DNA of 64,000 nucleotides from Candidatus Omnitrophota bacterium (GTDB lineage Bacteria; Omnitrophota; Gorgyraeia; Zapsychrales; JAHFFX01), in NCBI GenBank assembly GCA_023247725.1, contig JAHFFW010000003.1, forward strand, positions 704-64,703. The letters are read 5' to 3'. The notes under the pieces are model-generated. The model did not search any database. It worked only from the letters and a program-made list of their open reading frames with translations, and was not told the origin of the DNA. Below, piece after piece: positions 20,695-29,004 of this stretch. Made by a program: the position numbers and the translations under genes. Positions within the stretch are counted from its first letter, which is position 1. Every line of letters begins with the position of its first letter.

Positions 20695-21147
20695 ATGAAG
20701 GCTCCCGCCGGATGGAGATTCCTTGACTCCGATGATATGAAAACTTTAGATTCTCATTTTGAAGACGATTTTGCCTTATTGCACGAGGACTATCCCCGGA
20801 TGATTTATGTGACCGGCGCGCTTTTAAAAAGTGATTTACAAAGCAAGGAGAACGACCTTCACCAAATGGTTTCAAACGCTCCCAAAGATTTTAGAGTTGT
20901 TAAAGATACCCGTGCCGCGATTGGTTCTTTTGATATTTACGACCTGTGGTGGGAAAATTCGGTTGGAAAAGAAAATTTTTTCGAAGGCGTAATGCTCGTT
21001 TATTTTCCACGTGACGGGATCACACTCTACGTCAATCAAATCCCCAGAGATGACTACGAATATGTTCATAAATCGATTGAGGAGGCGATTTTATCGATTG
21101 ATTTTAATAACTACCCATCCCGAAGCAACATGGAGGGACCGGATTGA
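20695..21147 (+). CDS. Hypothetical soluble protein, 150 aa. The track's 20419 start overlaps the previous gene in another frame and was trimmed.
   Basis: GGGAG RBS 8 nt before the ATG at 20695. No recognisable motif. Confidence 0.45.
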   Translation: MKAPAGWRFLDSDDMKTLDSHFEDDFALLHEDYPRMIYVTGALLKSDLQSKENDLHQMVSNAPKDFRVVKDTRAAIGSFDIYDLWWENSVGKENFFEGVMLVYFPRDGITLYVNQIPRDDYEYVHKSIEEAILSIDFNNYPSRSNMEGPD

Positions 21148-21149
21148 CA

Positions 21150-21713
21150 ATGACAAGATTACAAAAAAATCTTCACCGATATTCTCGGATTCTTAATGTG
21201 TTTATCACGATCGGGCTATACGCCGCTATCTTTGGCTGCAGTTCGAATCCCCTCAAGGTCAACAAGAAGACCCTTGCGCGTTATGAAAAAATCCAACCTT
21301 ACAAAACCGATTTGGAATTGGCCGCGGCTTTAAGTTTATTTCATCAGAGCAAAGGCTATTGGTCACAAAATCCCGGAGAATATGCCGCCTTTTTAAATCC
21401 TGGCAATCAGGTAAAAAGCACCGGCGTCGGCTTCCTCGCGCATTATGAAATCATCGATGACCGGGTCCTCTTAGTGACCTATGAATTGCCTCCTCCGGTC
21501 AATAAAAAATTCCGGCACCATGCTTTTAAACTGGTACCTGTTCCGGATAAAAAGAATGCTTACCTTTTTTCTCCAATGGAGCCGGTTCTGGAACCTCTCG
21601 TCATGGAACCTTATGAAATTGAGTGGAAGGACGGCCAGGCATTTTACCTGCGGACAACCGAGGTGTCCGCCCAGGAAAACCCTGAATTGAAACCCGCGAT
21701 TCCGTCTCCTTAA
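21150..21713 (+). CDS. Hypothetical lipoprotein
   Basis: Signal-like N terminus with an AIFGC lipobox; RBS GGAGGGA. Confidence 0.5.
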   Translation: MTRLQKNLHRYSRILNVFITIGLYAAIFGCSSNPLKVNKKTLARYEKIQPYKTDLELAAALSLFHQSKGYWSQNPGEYAAFLNPGNQVKSTGVGFLAHYEIIDDRVLLVTYELPPPVNKKFRHHAFKLVPVPDKKNAYLFSPMEPVLEPLVMEPYEIEWKDGQAFYLRTTEVSAQENPELKPAIPSP

Positions 21714-21733
21714 TTCTATAGGGAAAGGATTTC

Positions 21734-22378
21734 ATGCCAACCTGGGATCTTAAACAAAAAATTCCAGAACAAGTCAAGACCATTGTCGGCGCCAGCGGTT
21801 TTCGTGAGCATGCCGATCGATTCGTCCGTCATCGAGAAGAATTGGAACAGATCATTCAATTGATTTTTATTGAAACGGAGGAGGGCCAATCAAAAACTCT
21901 GGTGAATTTTACCGTCAATCTAGGAATCTATTACCGGTTTATTCCGCTATTATCCATGCCGTCGTCTCCCCAAGAGGCGGGCAAGCCCGTTGCCCAAGAT
22001 TTTATTCCCAACGAATGGGAATGCCATCTGCGGACGTGCCTTTTGAGAAAAAAATTGAATTGGGTTGACAACCTTGGACTTTTTTTTCGATATCAGCGCG
22101 ACGATCCGCACAAAGCTCTGTGGCAAATCTCGGATGAAAAAACATTGGAAATGGCTGTGCAGGAATTTCAAAACCAGTTTCAAAGACAAGCGCTTACCTG
22201 GTTCGAAGAATTTTCTGACCTGGGGAGAGCCTATGCATTTATTCAAAATACGCCGGAAACGAGCCCATATCAAGGAGGGACCTTTGGCTGCGGGATGTCC
22301 CGCTCTCCGGTCCGGAAACATTTTCAACATTATTTTGCCCAAAGATTAAACCATAAAAACCCATTACTCTCGGACTAA
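21734..22378 (+). CDS. Hypothetical protein, 214 aa
   Basis: W/F-rich soluble protein, loosely reminiscent of DUF4304-type proteins (unverified). Confidence 0.45.
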   Translation: MPTWDLKQKIPEQVKTIVGASGFREHADRFVRHREELEQIIQLIFIETEEGQSKTLVNFTVNLGIYYRFIPLLSMPSSPQEAGKPVAQDFIPNEWECHLRTCLLRKKLNWVDNLGLFFRYQRDDPHKALWQISDEKTLEMAVQEFQNQFQRQALTWFEEFSDLGRAYAFIQNTPETSPYQGGTFGCGMSRSPVRKHFQHYFAQRLNHKNPLLSD

Positions 22379-22386
22379 CGATCTTC

Positions 22387-22851
22387 ATGCAATCGATGCT
22401 GAAAAATCCCATCATTATCCTCATTGTGATCTTAGCTGCCGGGGTCCTTATTCATCAATATCTCATCTTCCGGCGAATGCAAAAACTGCAAAAAAATTGG
22501 CAGCGAGTCGCGAGCTACAGCTCTGCAACCCTTAGCCGTGTTCACTGTGGCATAGACTGGGGATGGTGGTATGGATTTTGCATGTTCCGGACGGAACCAA
22601 GTGAAATGGAAAAGATTCAAAATTCTTTCAGCCTCATCCAATGTGAATCCTACCGGGATGGAGAGATGAATCCGGACAATCCCCACGAATGCTTCGCTTA
22701 TAAACCCTCACACTATTGTTCGCCTTTATCGCAAACTGGCTCCAGCTTCTTCTACGTGACTCAGAATTTCGACCGGGAGCACAAAAAACAGTGGGACGGC
22801 CTCATTTATAATCAAACCACGAAACAGGGCTGTGTGGATGTGTGGCCGTAA
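22387..22851 (+). CDS. Hypothetical membrane-anchored Cys-rich protein (7 Cys)
   Basis: N-terminal TM helix, then CGIDWGWWYGFC ... QCESY ... HECF ... YCSP ... GCVDVWP. Confidence 0.45.
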   Translation: MQSMLKNPIIILIVILAAGVLIHQYLIFRRMQKLQKNWQRVASYSSATLSRVHCGIDWGWWYGFCMFRTEPSEMEKIQNSFSLIQCESYRDGEMNPDNPHECFAYKPSHYCSPLSQTGSSFFYVTQNFDREHKKQWDGLIYNQTTKQGCVDVWP

Positions 22852-22951
22852 AGGAAAACCATTGCCTTTTATCCTCGCGAGATTTCGCTGACCCTGGCGC
22901 GGTCAAAAACCGCCGGAGCGGCCATTATTCCGCCGGGATGTTTAACTTTTT

Positions 22952-23236
22952 TTGACCGTGATCAGTTTTATCTTCTTCATTTATGGAATCATCTCAGGAA
23001 GGATTCTCAATGTCTGGGATTTCATTCACCATCCTATAAACTTAAAAGCGATTCCGCCGGATGCCATTGCCATCTCGCCCGGAGCGCAAAAAATCTATAC
23101 GCTCCTTTATTGGGTTAACCTGGCGATCTTTTTGGGAATGGGTTTGGCTTTTTTGTATTTGACCCTCACGTACTCAGAGCCGGGTTCAACCTTTGAACCG
23201 AAAGACTCTTCCGAAGAAGGAAAGCCCCATGAATGA
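22952..23236 (+). CDS. Hypothetical small membrane protein (2 TM); start uncertain (TTG/GTG)
   Basis: 94 aa with two hydrophobic segments. Confidence 0.35.
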   Translation: MTVISFIFFIYGIISGRILNVWDFIHHPINLKAIPPDAIAISPGAQKIYTLLYWVNLAIFLGMGLAFLYLTLTYSEPGSTFEPKDSSEEGKPHE

Positions 23237-23768
23237 TTCCAACACAACGATGACTTGGTTTGTCATTGCCTTCCTTTTTGTCTGGCTTGCCTGGCCCAAC
23301 TCAAAGGCATCCGCCGAAGTCTTCGTTCTCAAATCCGGGAAGACCATCACGGGCGAGGTGATCGACGACAAAGATGGCCTCATCAAGGTGAAGGAAAAAG
23401 ACCGGATCGTTTCGTTCAAAAAGAATCTCCTCGAGACTGATCCATCCGCCGCTGCCAAACGCAAAATCCGCCAGGAAGGCATCATGATTATCCGTGGACA
23501 AGCATCATCCTCTTTAACGCCGTATTCGCCCCGCGAGTCCCGAATGTGGGTGGAAATCTTTATTACCTCCTGGTGCCCGTATTGCCGAAAACTGGAACAA
23601 TTCTTGAAGGCAGAGCACATCCCTTATCGACGTTACGACATCGAAGCGAATCCGCAGGCGAAACGGGTCTATGATCAATTCGGCATTCCCGGAGTGCCGG
23701 TTATTCGAATCGGCTCAAAACTTATTAGCGGGTTTGATCAAACGGCCATTCTCAATGCGTTGAAATAA
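23229..23768 (+). CDS. Secreted glutaredoxin/NrdH-like thioredoxin-fold protein
   Basis: Signal peptide (WFVIAFLFVWLAWPNSKASA) and a C-terminal Grx domain with WCPYC. AAGGAAAG RBS. Confidence 0.6.
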   Translation: MNDSNTTMTWFVIAFLFVWLAWPNSKASAEVFVLKSGKTITGEVIDDKDGLIKVKEKDRIVSFKKNLLETDPSAAAKRKIRQEGIMIIRGQASSSLTPYSPRESRMWVEIFITSWCPYCRKLEQFLKAEHIPYRRYDIEANPQAKRVYDQFGIPGVPVIRIGSKLISGFDQTAILNALK

Positions 23769-23797
23769 GTTCCCGTTCTGACTTTTCGAATGAATCC

Positions 23798-24184
23798 ATG
23801 AGGACCCGCATCCAGATAAAATTTGTAGCGATTTTTCTGGGATTACTGCAAGCTGCAGGAATTCAATCCGTATTAGCGTCTGGCCTTTTACCCAAAAAAA
23901 ACAAGGGACAGAAGGCCAATGCCGCCCTAGAACATCCCTTATCCAAACCGCCGGCGGATTATCCGCTCTTTGTACCGCAAAAAAATGTCCTGGCCGAGCA
24001 AACTCGGCAAAAAGCTGCCCGGAAAAGACAGAACCTCCAGACTGAAATTCAAAAGGCCCATCAGCAAGAAAAAAACGCCGAGCTCAAAGCCCGGCGAAAA
24101 GAGCAAAAAATAATGGACCGCCAGCAACAGCAGGCGATCGAGGAAATCAAAAGGGCCAGACAGAAACAACGCCACAAACTCTAG
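23798..24184 (+). CDS. Secreted K/Q/R-rich coiled-coil protein
   Basis: Signal peptide, then a low-complexity charged helix (QQEKNAELKARRKEQK...). Confidence 0.45.
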   Translation: MRTRIQIKFVAIFLGLLQAAGIQSVLASGLLPKKNKGQKANAALEHPLSKPPADYPLFVPQKNVLAEQTRQKAARKRQNLQTEIQKAHQQEKNAELKARRKEQKIMDRQQQQAIEEIKRARQKQRHKL

Positions 24185-24210
24185 TCCTCTGCGCCCTTGG
24201 GCAAAAAATT

Positions 24211-24695
24211 CTAATTGGTCGCGGCGAGCAGCTCGTTAAGGCAATCGAGGACCTCTTCATGATGAGTTTTCGGTCGGACCTTGGGGAAGATTTTGGCAAT
24301 CTTGCCATTTTTATCAATAATAAATGTCGTACGCTCAACTCCCATGTATTTGCGTCCCATGAACGTCTTTTGCTGCCAGACCCCATAATCCTGCAACATC
24401 TTTTTGTCGGGATCGCTCAATAAGAGAAAGGGGAGATTAAATTTTTGGATGAATCGTTCGTGGCTCTGAACACTATCCGGGCTAACTCCCAGAATTATGG
24501 AGTCCTTGCCAGTGATGGATTTGATCGCGTCCCGAAAATTGCAAGCCTCGACGGTACAACCGGGGTATCATCCTTAGGGTAAAAATACAGGACCACATTT
24601 TTATTACCGCGAAAATCTTTGAGCGAAACCTGACCTCCATGCGAGGCTCGCAGGGAAAATTCTGGCGCCAGATTGCCTTCCTTGAGTTTAGTCAT
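24211..24695 (-). pseudogene. bcp: Peroxiredoxin Bcp (AhpC/TSA family), disrupted by a 1-nt frameshift in a G4/C4 run at 24551-24554, exactly at the peroxidatic Cys codon
   Basis: The N-terminal ORF gives ...[18 protein letters not shown].... Shifting one nt restores [15 protein letters not shown]...DKKMLQDYGVWQQK... through to the C-terminal ORF 24211..24420. Confidence 0.75.
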
Positions 24696-24711
24696 TGGTT
24701 TGTCCTTTTTT

Positions 24712-24760
24712 GTGGCTCGTGGCCCGTGACCCGTCAACGGCCACGAGCCACAGGTCACGA
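24712..24760. repeat. GC-rich palindromic repeat, family B (pseudoknot-capable)
   Basis: gtggctcgtggcc-cgtgacccgtcaac-ggccacgagccac-aggtcacg: a perfect 13-bp stem, with loop segment cgtgacc complementary to the downstream ggtcacg. Confidence 0.45.
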
Positions 24761-25216
24761 TCAATATGGTTTCCAAATTTTTTGTTGGGGATTGTAGATC
24801 ACTTGCCGCGAATTGTCCATTCCGTCTTCCAGGGGCCACGCGGTCATTTCGAGTTTATTTCCATCGAGGTCATAAAAATACAGGGACCAGGATTTCGGCC
24901 TTTTCTTGGCAAACTCAATCCTGACGGCGTGCGATTCCAGGTGTTGGATCATGGCGTCGAAATCCTTGGCATGAATCCGAAAGGAAAAATGGTTGGCGCC
25001 CAAACCTTCGTTTTCAAAAGGATGAAGCTTATGCAATTCCTTGGCCTGGATGAGGCCGATGAGAGACCCTCCACAATCGAGGAAATATTCGATGCCTGGC
25101 TTGGAAGGTTCTCGAGTGGTCACCTTCAGTCCAATAACCTTGCGGTAAAATTCCACCGCCTTATCAATGTCCCGAACGTTGATGGCGACGTGGTCTATAC
25201 CTTGAACTTTGATCAT
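24761..25216 (-). CDS. VOC/glyoxalase-family protein (lactoylglutathione lyase-like)
   Basis: 151 aa; [19 protein letters not shown] glyoxalase-fold N terminus. Confidence 0.7.
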   Translation of the reverse strand: MIKVQGIDHVAINVRDIDKAVEFYRKVIGLKVTTREPSKPGIEYFLDCGGSLIGLIQAKELHKLHPFENEGLGANHFSFRIHAKDFDAMIQHLESHAVRIEFAKKRPKSWSLYFYDLDGNKLEMTAWPLEDGMDNSRQVIYNPQQKIWKPY

Positions 25217-25229
25217 ATTTTCCCTATAT

Positions 25230-25260
25230 ACCCACTCTCACCCCCGGGGTGAGAGTGGGT
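25230..25260. terminator. Near-perfect 31-bp palindrome ACCCACTCTCACCCC/GGGGTGAGAGTGGGT between hisK and the glyoxalase gene
   Basis: 15-bp arms. On the + strand a T6 run follows after 14 nt. Terminator or protein-binding site. Confidence 0.3.
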
Positions 25261-25268
25261 TACCCCCG

Positions 25269-26072
25269 TTAAATTTTTTGTTCATCTTCGATTTTTCGGT
25301 TCTTAAACAAAATATATTTCTTATATCCGGCAGCTTGGGCTAAGGCCAAGGCCTCCTCAAAATCCCGACCGACATCTTTTGGGTCATGGGCATCGGAGCC
25401 AAATGTAAGAAGGACGCCGGCCTTGCGGTAAACCTTCAGCATCCACGGCGCGGGATACATCTCGCCCACGGGTTTGCGCAAACCTGCGGTGTTGATTTCG
25501 ATGGCCACCCCAGCATCGCGAAAAACCTCGGCGGTTTTTTGAACCTCGCCGCTCATATCCTCTTGCGGCCGATGTCCAAATTTTTTAACCAGATCCACAT
25601 GCCCCATAATGTCAAACAGTTCACTCTGCGCACTTTTTCGCAACAAATCGAAGTAATCGTGATAAACCTGATCGATATCTTTTCCGGTCCATCCCTGGCG
25701 CTGGGCAGGATCATCAAAACCCCAATCTTTGATGAAATGGACAGAACCAATGACATAGTCATAAGGATAGGAGGCCAGAAGGTTCCTGGTTTGTTCCTCG
25801 TAACCTTCCAGATAATCGGCCTCAATGCCGATGCGAACCCGCAGAATTGGATCGTGGTTTTTTTTCACATTCTCAATCATCTTATGGTAGAGGGGAAGCT
25901 GCGAACGATTCATGCTGATCTTGGGATCCTCATGCGATAACAGAGGCAGGTGATCGGAAAAGCCGATTTCCTTTAAATCCAATTTAATGGCTTGTGCCGC
26001 GTATTGTTCGGGTTCACCGACGGCATGGCCGCATAAGGGTGTGTGCATATGGTAATCACAAATGGGCTGCAT
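25269..26072 (-). CDS. PHP-family histidinol-phosphatase (HisK-like)
   Basis: MQPICDYHMHTPLCGHA start and PHP metal-binding His/Asp pattern; 267 aa. Confidence 0.7.
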   Translation of the reverse strand: MQPICDYHMHTPLCGHAVGEPEQYAAQAIKLDLKEIGFSDHLPLLSHEDPKISMNRSQLPLYHKMIENVKKNHDPILRVRIGIEADYLEGYEEQTRNLLASYPYDYVIGSVHFIKDWGFDDPAQRQGWTGKDIDQVYHDYFDLLRKSAQSELFDIMGHVDLVKKFGHRPQEDMSGEVQKTAEVFRDAGVAIEINTAGLRKPVGEMYPAPWMLKVYRKAGVLLTFGSDAHDPKDVGRDFEEALALAQAAGYKKYILFKNRKIEDEQKI

Positions 26073-26154
26073 GGTCCGTTTTCCTTTTCAAAATGCGCTA
26101 AAGAGCGCTTATTATAGCACGGCCAAAAAACTTACGCTAGCTTACCAAGGCGGT

Positions 26155-26183
26155 TTGACAACCCCTAACGGCTGTGCTATTAT
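26155..26183 (+). promoter_or_regulatory. Candidate promoter TTGACA-N17-TATTAT for folE-SDR-folB
   Basis: Consensus -35 and good -10 about 30 nt upstream of the folE ATG. Flanked by the atagcacggcc/ggctgtgctat inverted repeat. Confidence 0.4.
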
Positions 26184-26213
26184 TCCGTGGCTTGTCGAAT
26201 AAAAAGGATTGCA

Positions 26214-26759
26214 ATGGACGATATTTATAAAAAATTGCTTAAGGCCATCGGTGAAAACGTTCAAAGGGAGGGCCTGATCGATACGCCCAGACGCGCTGCC
26301 CGCGCGATGGAATTCATGACCAGCGGCTACAAGAAAGACATCAAGGCCATCATCAATAATGCCACTTTCACCTCTGATGATGATGAAATGATCATCGTCA
26401 AGGATATCGAACTCTATTCTCTATGCGAGCATCACCTCTTGCCGTTTTTTGGCAAATGCCACGTCGGCTATATTCCCAAAGGAAAAATCATCGGACTCTC
26501 GAAGATTGCCCGGATTGTGGATGTCTTCTCCCGTCGTTTGCAAGTTCAGGAAAATCTCACCAAACAAATCGCCGAAACCCTCATGAATTCTTTGCACGCC
26601 CAGGGGGTCGGTGTTGTCATCGAAGCCCAGCATCTGTGCATGATGATGCGCGGGGTTGAAAAACAAAATTCAATTATGAAAACATCCTATATGCTGGGCT
26701 CTTTCCGAAAAGAAATCTCCACCCGCTCGGAATTCTTAAGCCTTATCCGTTTGAGATGA
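26214..26759 (+). CDS. folE: GTP cyclohydrolase I FolE. The ATG at 26214 is preferred over the track's GTG at 26187.
   Basis: [18 protein letters not shown] active-site segment; RBS AAAAAGGA. Confidence 0.9.
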   Translation: MDDIYKKLLKAIGENVQREGLIDTPRRAARAMEFMTSGYKKDIKAIINNATFTSDDDEMIIVKDIELYSLCEHHLLPFFGKCHVGYIPKGKIIGLSKIARIVDVFSRRLQVQENLTKQIAETLMNSLHAQGVGVVIEAQHLCMMMRGVEKQNSIMKTSYMLGSFRKEISTRSEFLSLIRLR

Positions 26760-27484
26760 GACATCGGTCCCAAAAAGGAACCGCCCTGGTAACCGGCGGA
26801 GCGAAACGGATCGGGAAGGAAATATGCCTTGCTTTGGGACGCATGGGCTACAACGTCGCTGTGCACTACCATTCGTCGCGTCGACAAGCCGAAGAAACCG
26901 CCAAACAAATTCGGCACAACAAGGTAGAGTGTGAAATTTTTCCCTGTGATCTAAACCGGCAACAAAGGACGTTGTCCATCATCCAATCAGTTTACACCCG
27001 CTTTCCAGATCTGAATGTTCTGGTCAATAGCGCTTCCATCTTCAAGAAATCCCGTCTCGCCACGACCGATTTGCACCTTTTTCAGGAACACTTTGCCACC
27101 AACTTCCATGCCCCTTACATTCTCATTTGCGAATTTGCCCGTCTTTGCCGCCGCGGACACATCATCAACTTGCTGGATACCGATATCACCCGGAATAAAA
27201 CCGAATATTTTTCTTACCTTTTAATGAAGAAGGCCCTGGCCGATCTCACAAAAATGGCAGCCGTCGCCCTGTCCCCCCAGATCCGCGTTAACGGTATTTG
27301 CCCCGGACTTATTCTGCCTCCGCCAGGCCAGGGCGATGAGTACCTCCAGCGCCAAGCGAAAAATGTCCCTTTACAGAAAAAGGGAGAAGTGGATAATATC
27401 ACTCATTCTCTTCGCTTTCTTTTGGGAAATGATTACGTGACCGGGCAATTCATTTTTAATGATGGTGGAGAACATTTGGTTTAA
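26756..27484 (+). CDS. SDR-family oxidoreductase, pteridine-reductase-like (FolM-like) by context
   Basis: [11 protein letters not shown] Rossmann motif and SDR catalytic region. Sandwiched between folE and folB with ATGA overlaps. Confidence 0.55.
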   Translation: MRHRSQKGTALVTGGAKRIGKEICLALGRMGYNVAVHYHSSRRQAEETAKQIRHNKVECEIFPCDLNRQQRTLSIIQSVYTRFPDLNVLVNSASIFKKSRLATTDLHLFQEHFATNFHAPYILICEFARLCRRGHIINLLDTDITRNKTEYFSYLLMKKALADLTKMAAVALSPQIRVNGICPGLILPPPGQGDEYLQRQAKNVPLQKKGEVDNITHSLRFLLGNDYVTGQFIFNDGGEHLV

Positions 27485-27486
27485 CC

Positions 27487-27837
27487 ATGGCTAAAATCCG
27501 CATCACCGACTTATTGGTCCGGACAATCATTGGCACCAACGAATGGGAGCGGGATACCCGTCAAGATGTGGTGATCAATATCGAACTCGCTTTTGATTCC
27601 TCCCAGGCGAGCAAGACAGACGATCTTAAAGAAACGGTCGATTACAAAAGCCTCACCAAGCGCATCATCAAGGAAGTCGAGGCCAGTCAGTTCCTGCTTT
27701 TGGAAAAGTTAACCACCTTTATTTTGGATCTTGTCATGCAAGACAAAAAGGTGAAGGAAGCCACCGTTCGCGTGGATAAACCCCATGCGCTGCGTTATGC
27801 CAAATCGGTTTCGGTCGAGCTGACAGGAAAACGATGA
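27487..27837 (+). CDS. folB: Dihydroneopterin aldolase FolB
   Basis: 116 aa; IRITDLLVRTIIGTNEWERDTRQDVVINIEL is typical of FolB. Confidence 0.8.
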   Translation: MAKIRITDLLVRTIIGTNEWERDTRQDVVINIELAFDSSQASKTDDLKETVDYKSLTKRIIKEVEASQFLLLEKLTTFILDLVMQDKKVKEATVRVDKPHALRYAKSVSVELTGKR

Positions 27838-27919
27838 ATATCGATGTCAGGATGGTTGGCTCTGTATATTAGAGGAAGCTACCTCCACTGACTAAAGCGG
27901 TAAATGCAAGAGGCAGCCA

Positions 27920-28660
27920 ATGCATTTTCAGGATCAAGTGGTGATGGTGACGGGAGCGACCCGCGGCATCGGTAAACAGATCGCCAAGGCCTTTGCCCAA
28001 CAGGGAGCTACCGTTGTTGTGATCGGCCGGAACCTAGACCTGGTACAAGAAACCACACAAGAAATTCAACGGGAAGGCTATCGTGCGGAAGGATTTAGCT
28101 GTGACGTCACGAATCTTGCGCACGTCGAAGAAATCATCAATAAAATTCTTGACAAACATAAGTCGATTGATATATTAGTTAACAACGCTGGGGTCACCAA
28201 AGACAATTTGCTTCTTCGGATGAGTGAATCCGACTGGGATAGCGTGATCAGCGTCAATCTCAAGGGCATATTCAACTGTACTAAAATTGTTTCTAAGGCG
28301 ATGCTTAAAGCCCGTAAGGGAAAGATCATCAGCATCGCCTCAGTCATCGGCTTGACCGGAAATCCGGGCCAAGCCAATTACGCCGCAAGTAAGGCCGGGG
28401 TTATTGGTTTTAGCAAATCGGTGGCTCGGGAATTGGCCTCCCGCGGCATAACGGTCAATGTGGTTGCCCCGGGTTATATCCAAACCGACATGACCGCTCA
28501 ACTCAAAGAACAAATCCGGACAGAGATTTTGCAAATGATCCCTCAAGGAAGATTCGGTTCACCTCAAGATGTGGCTGGTGTGTGTCTGTTCCTCGCTTCG
28601 AAACAAGCGGATTACATAACCGGCCAAACCATTGTGGTGGACGGAGGAATGGCGATCTAA
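27920..28660 (+). CDS. fabG: 3-oxoacyl-ACP reductase FabG
   Basis: [12 protein letters not shown] motif, NNAG, YAASKAG catalytic motif; 246 aa. Confidence 0.85.
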   Translation: MHFQDQVVMVTGATRGIGKQIAKAFAQQGATVVVIGRNLDLVQETTQEIQREGYRAEGFSCDVTNLAHVEEIINKILDKHKSIDILVNNAGVTKDNLLLRMSESDWDSVISVNLKGIFNCTKIVSKAMLKARKGKIISIASVIGLTGNPGQANYAASKAGVIGFSKSVARELASRGITVNVVAPGYIQTDMTAQLKEQIRTEILQMIPQGRFGSPQDVAGVCLFLASKQADYITGQTIVVDGGMAI

Positions 28661-28692
28661 CCTGGTCAACAGGGAAAAAAGGAGGAATATTC

Positions 28693-28932
28693 ATGGCAGT
28701 AGAAGAAAAAATCAAGTCCATCATCGCGGAGCAGCTTGGGGTAAAGCCCGAAGAAGTCACCCCGCAAGCATCTTTTATTGATGATCTGGGCGCCGATTCG
28801 CTCGATACCGTTGAACTCATCATGGCCTTGGAAGAAGAATTCAACGTGGAAATCCCGGATGAGGACGCTGAAAAGATGACCACCGTCGGCGATGCCGTCA
28901 AATACATCGAATCAAAGTCAGCCAATAAATAA
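28693..28932 (+). CDS. acpP: Acyl carrier protein
   Basis: [21 protein letters not shown] phosphopantetheine-attachment motif; RBS AAAAAGGAGGAA. The track start at 28582 was rejected. Confidence 0.9.
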   Translation: MAVEEKIKSIIAEQLGVKPEEVTPQASFIDDLGADSLDTVELIMALEEEFNVEIPDEDAEKMTTVGDAVKYIESKSANK

Positions 28933-29004
28933 CCTCCTTTAAATCAGCTTCATAAAAATCATTTGCCTCGATCCAACCGGTCGGGGCAAATTCCTGTATA
29001 CCCC

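Noticed and set aside
21233-21258. tRNA-like T-arm motif GTTCGAATCC
   Set aside because: It lies inside the lipoprotein CDS. The flanking bases do not form a T-stem and no acceptor or anticodon arm can be drawn. Chance match.
28582-28692. Upstream extensions of acpP (28582), fabF (28963), ispG (18833), panC (50663), nadX (51538), uvrA (52723), exbB (58055), and TTG/GTG starts for nfu, rrf2, sufB, sufC, folE and the lipoprotein
   Set aside because: Extensions from the ORF finder; conserved N termini and RBS positions support the downstream ATG starts given in the features.
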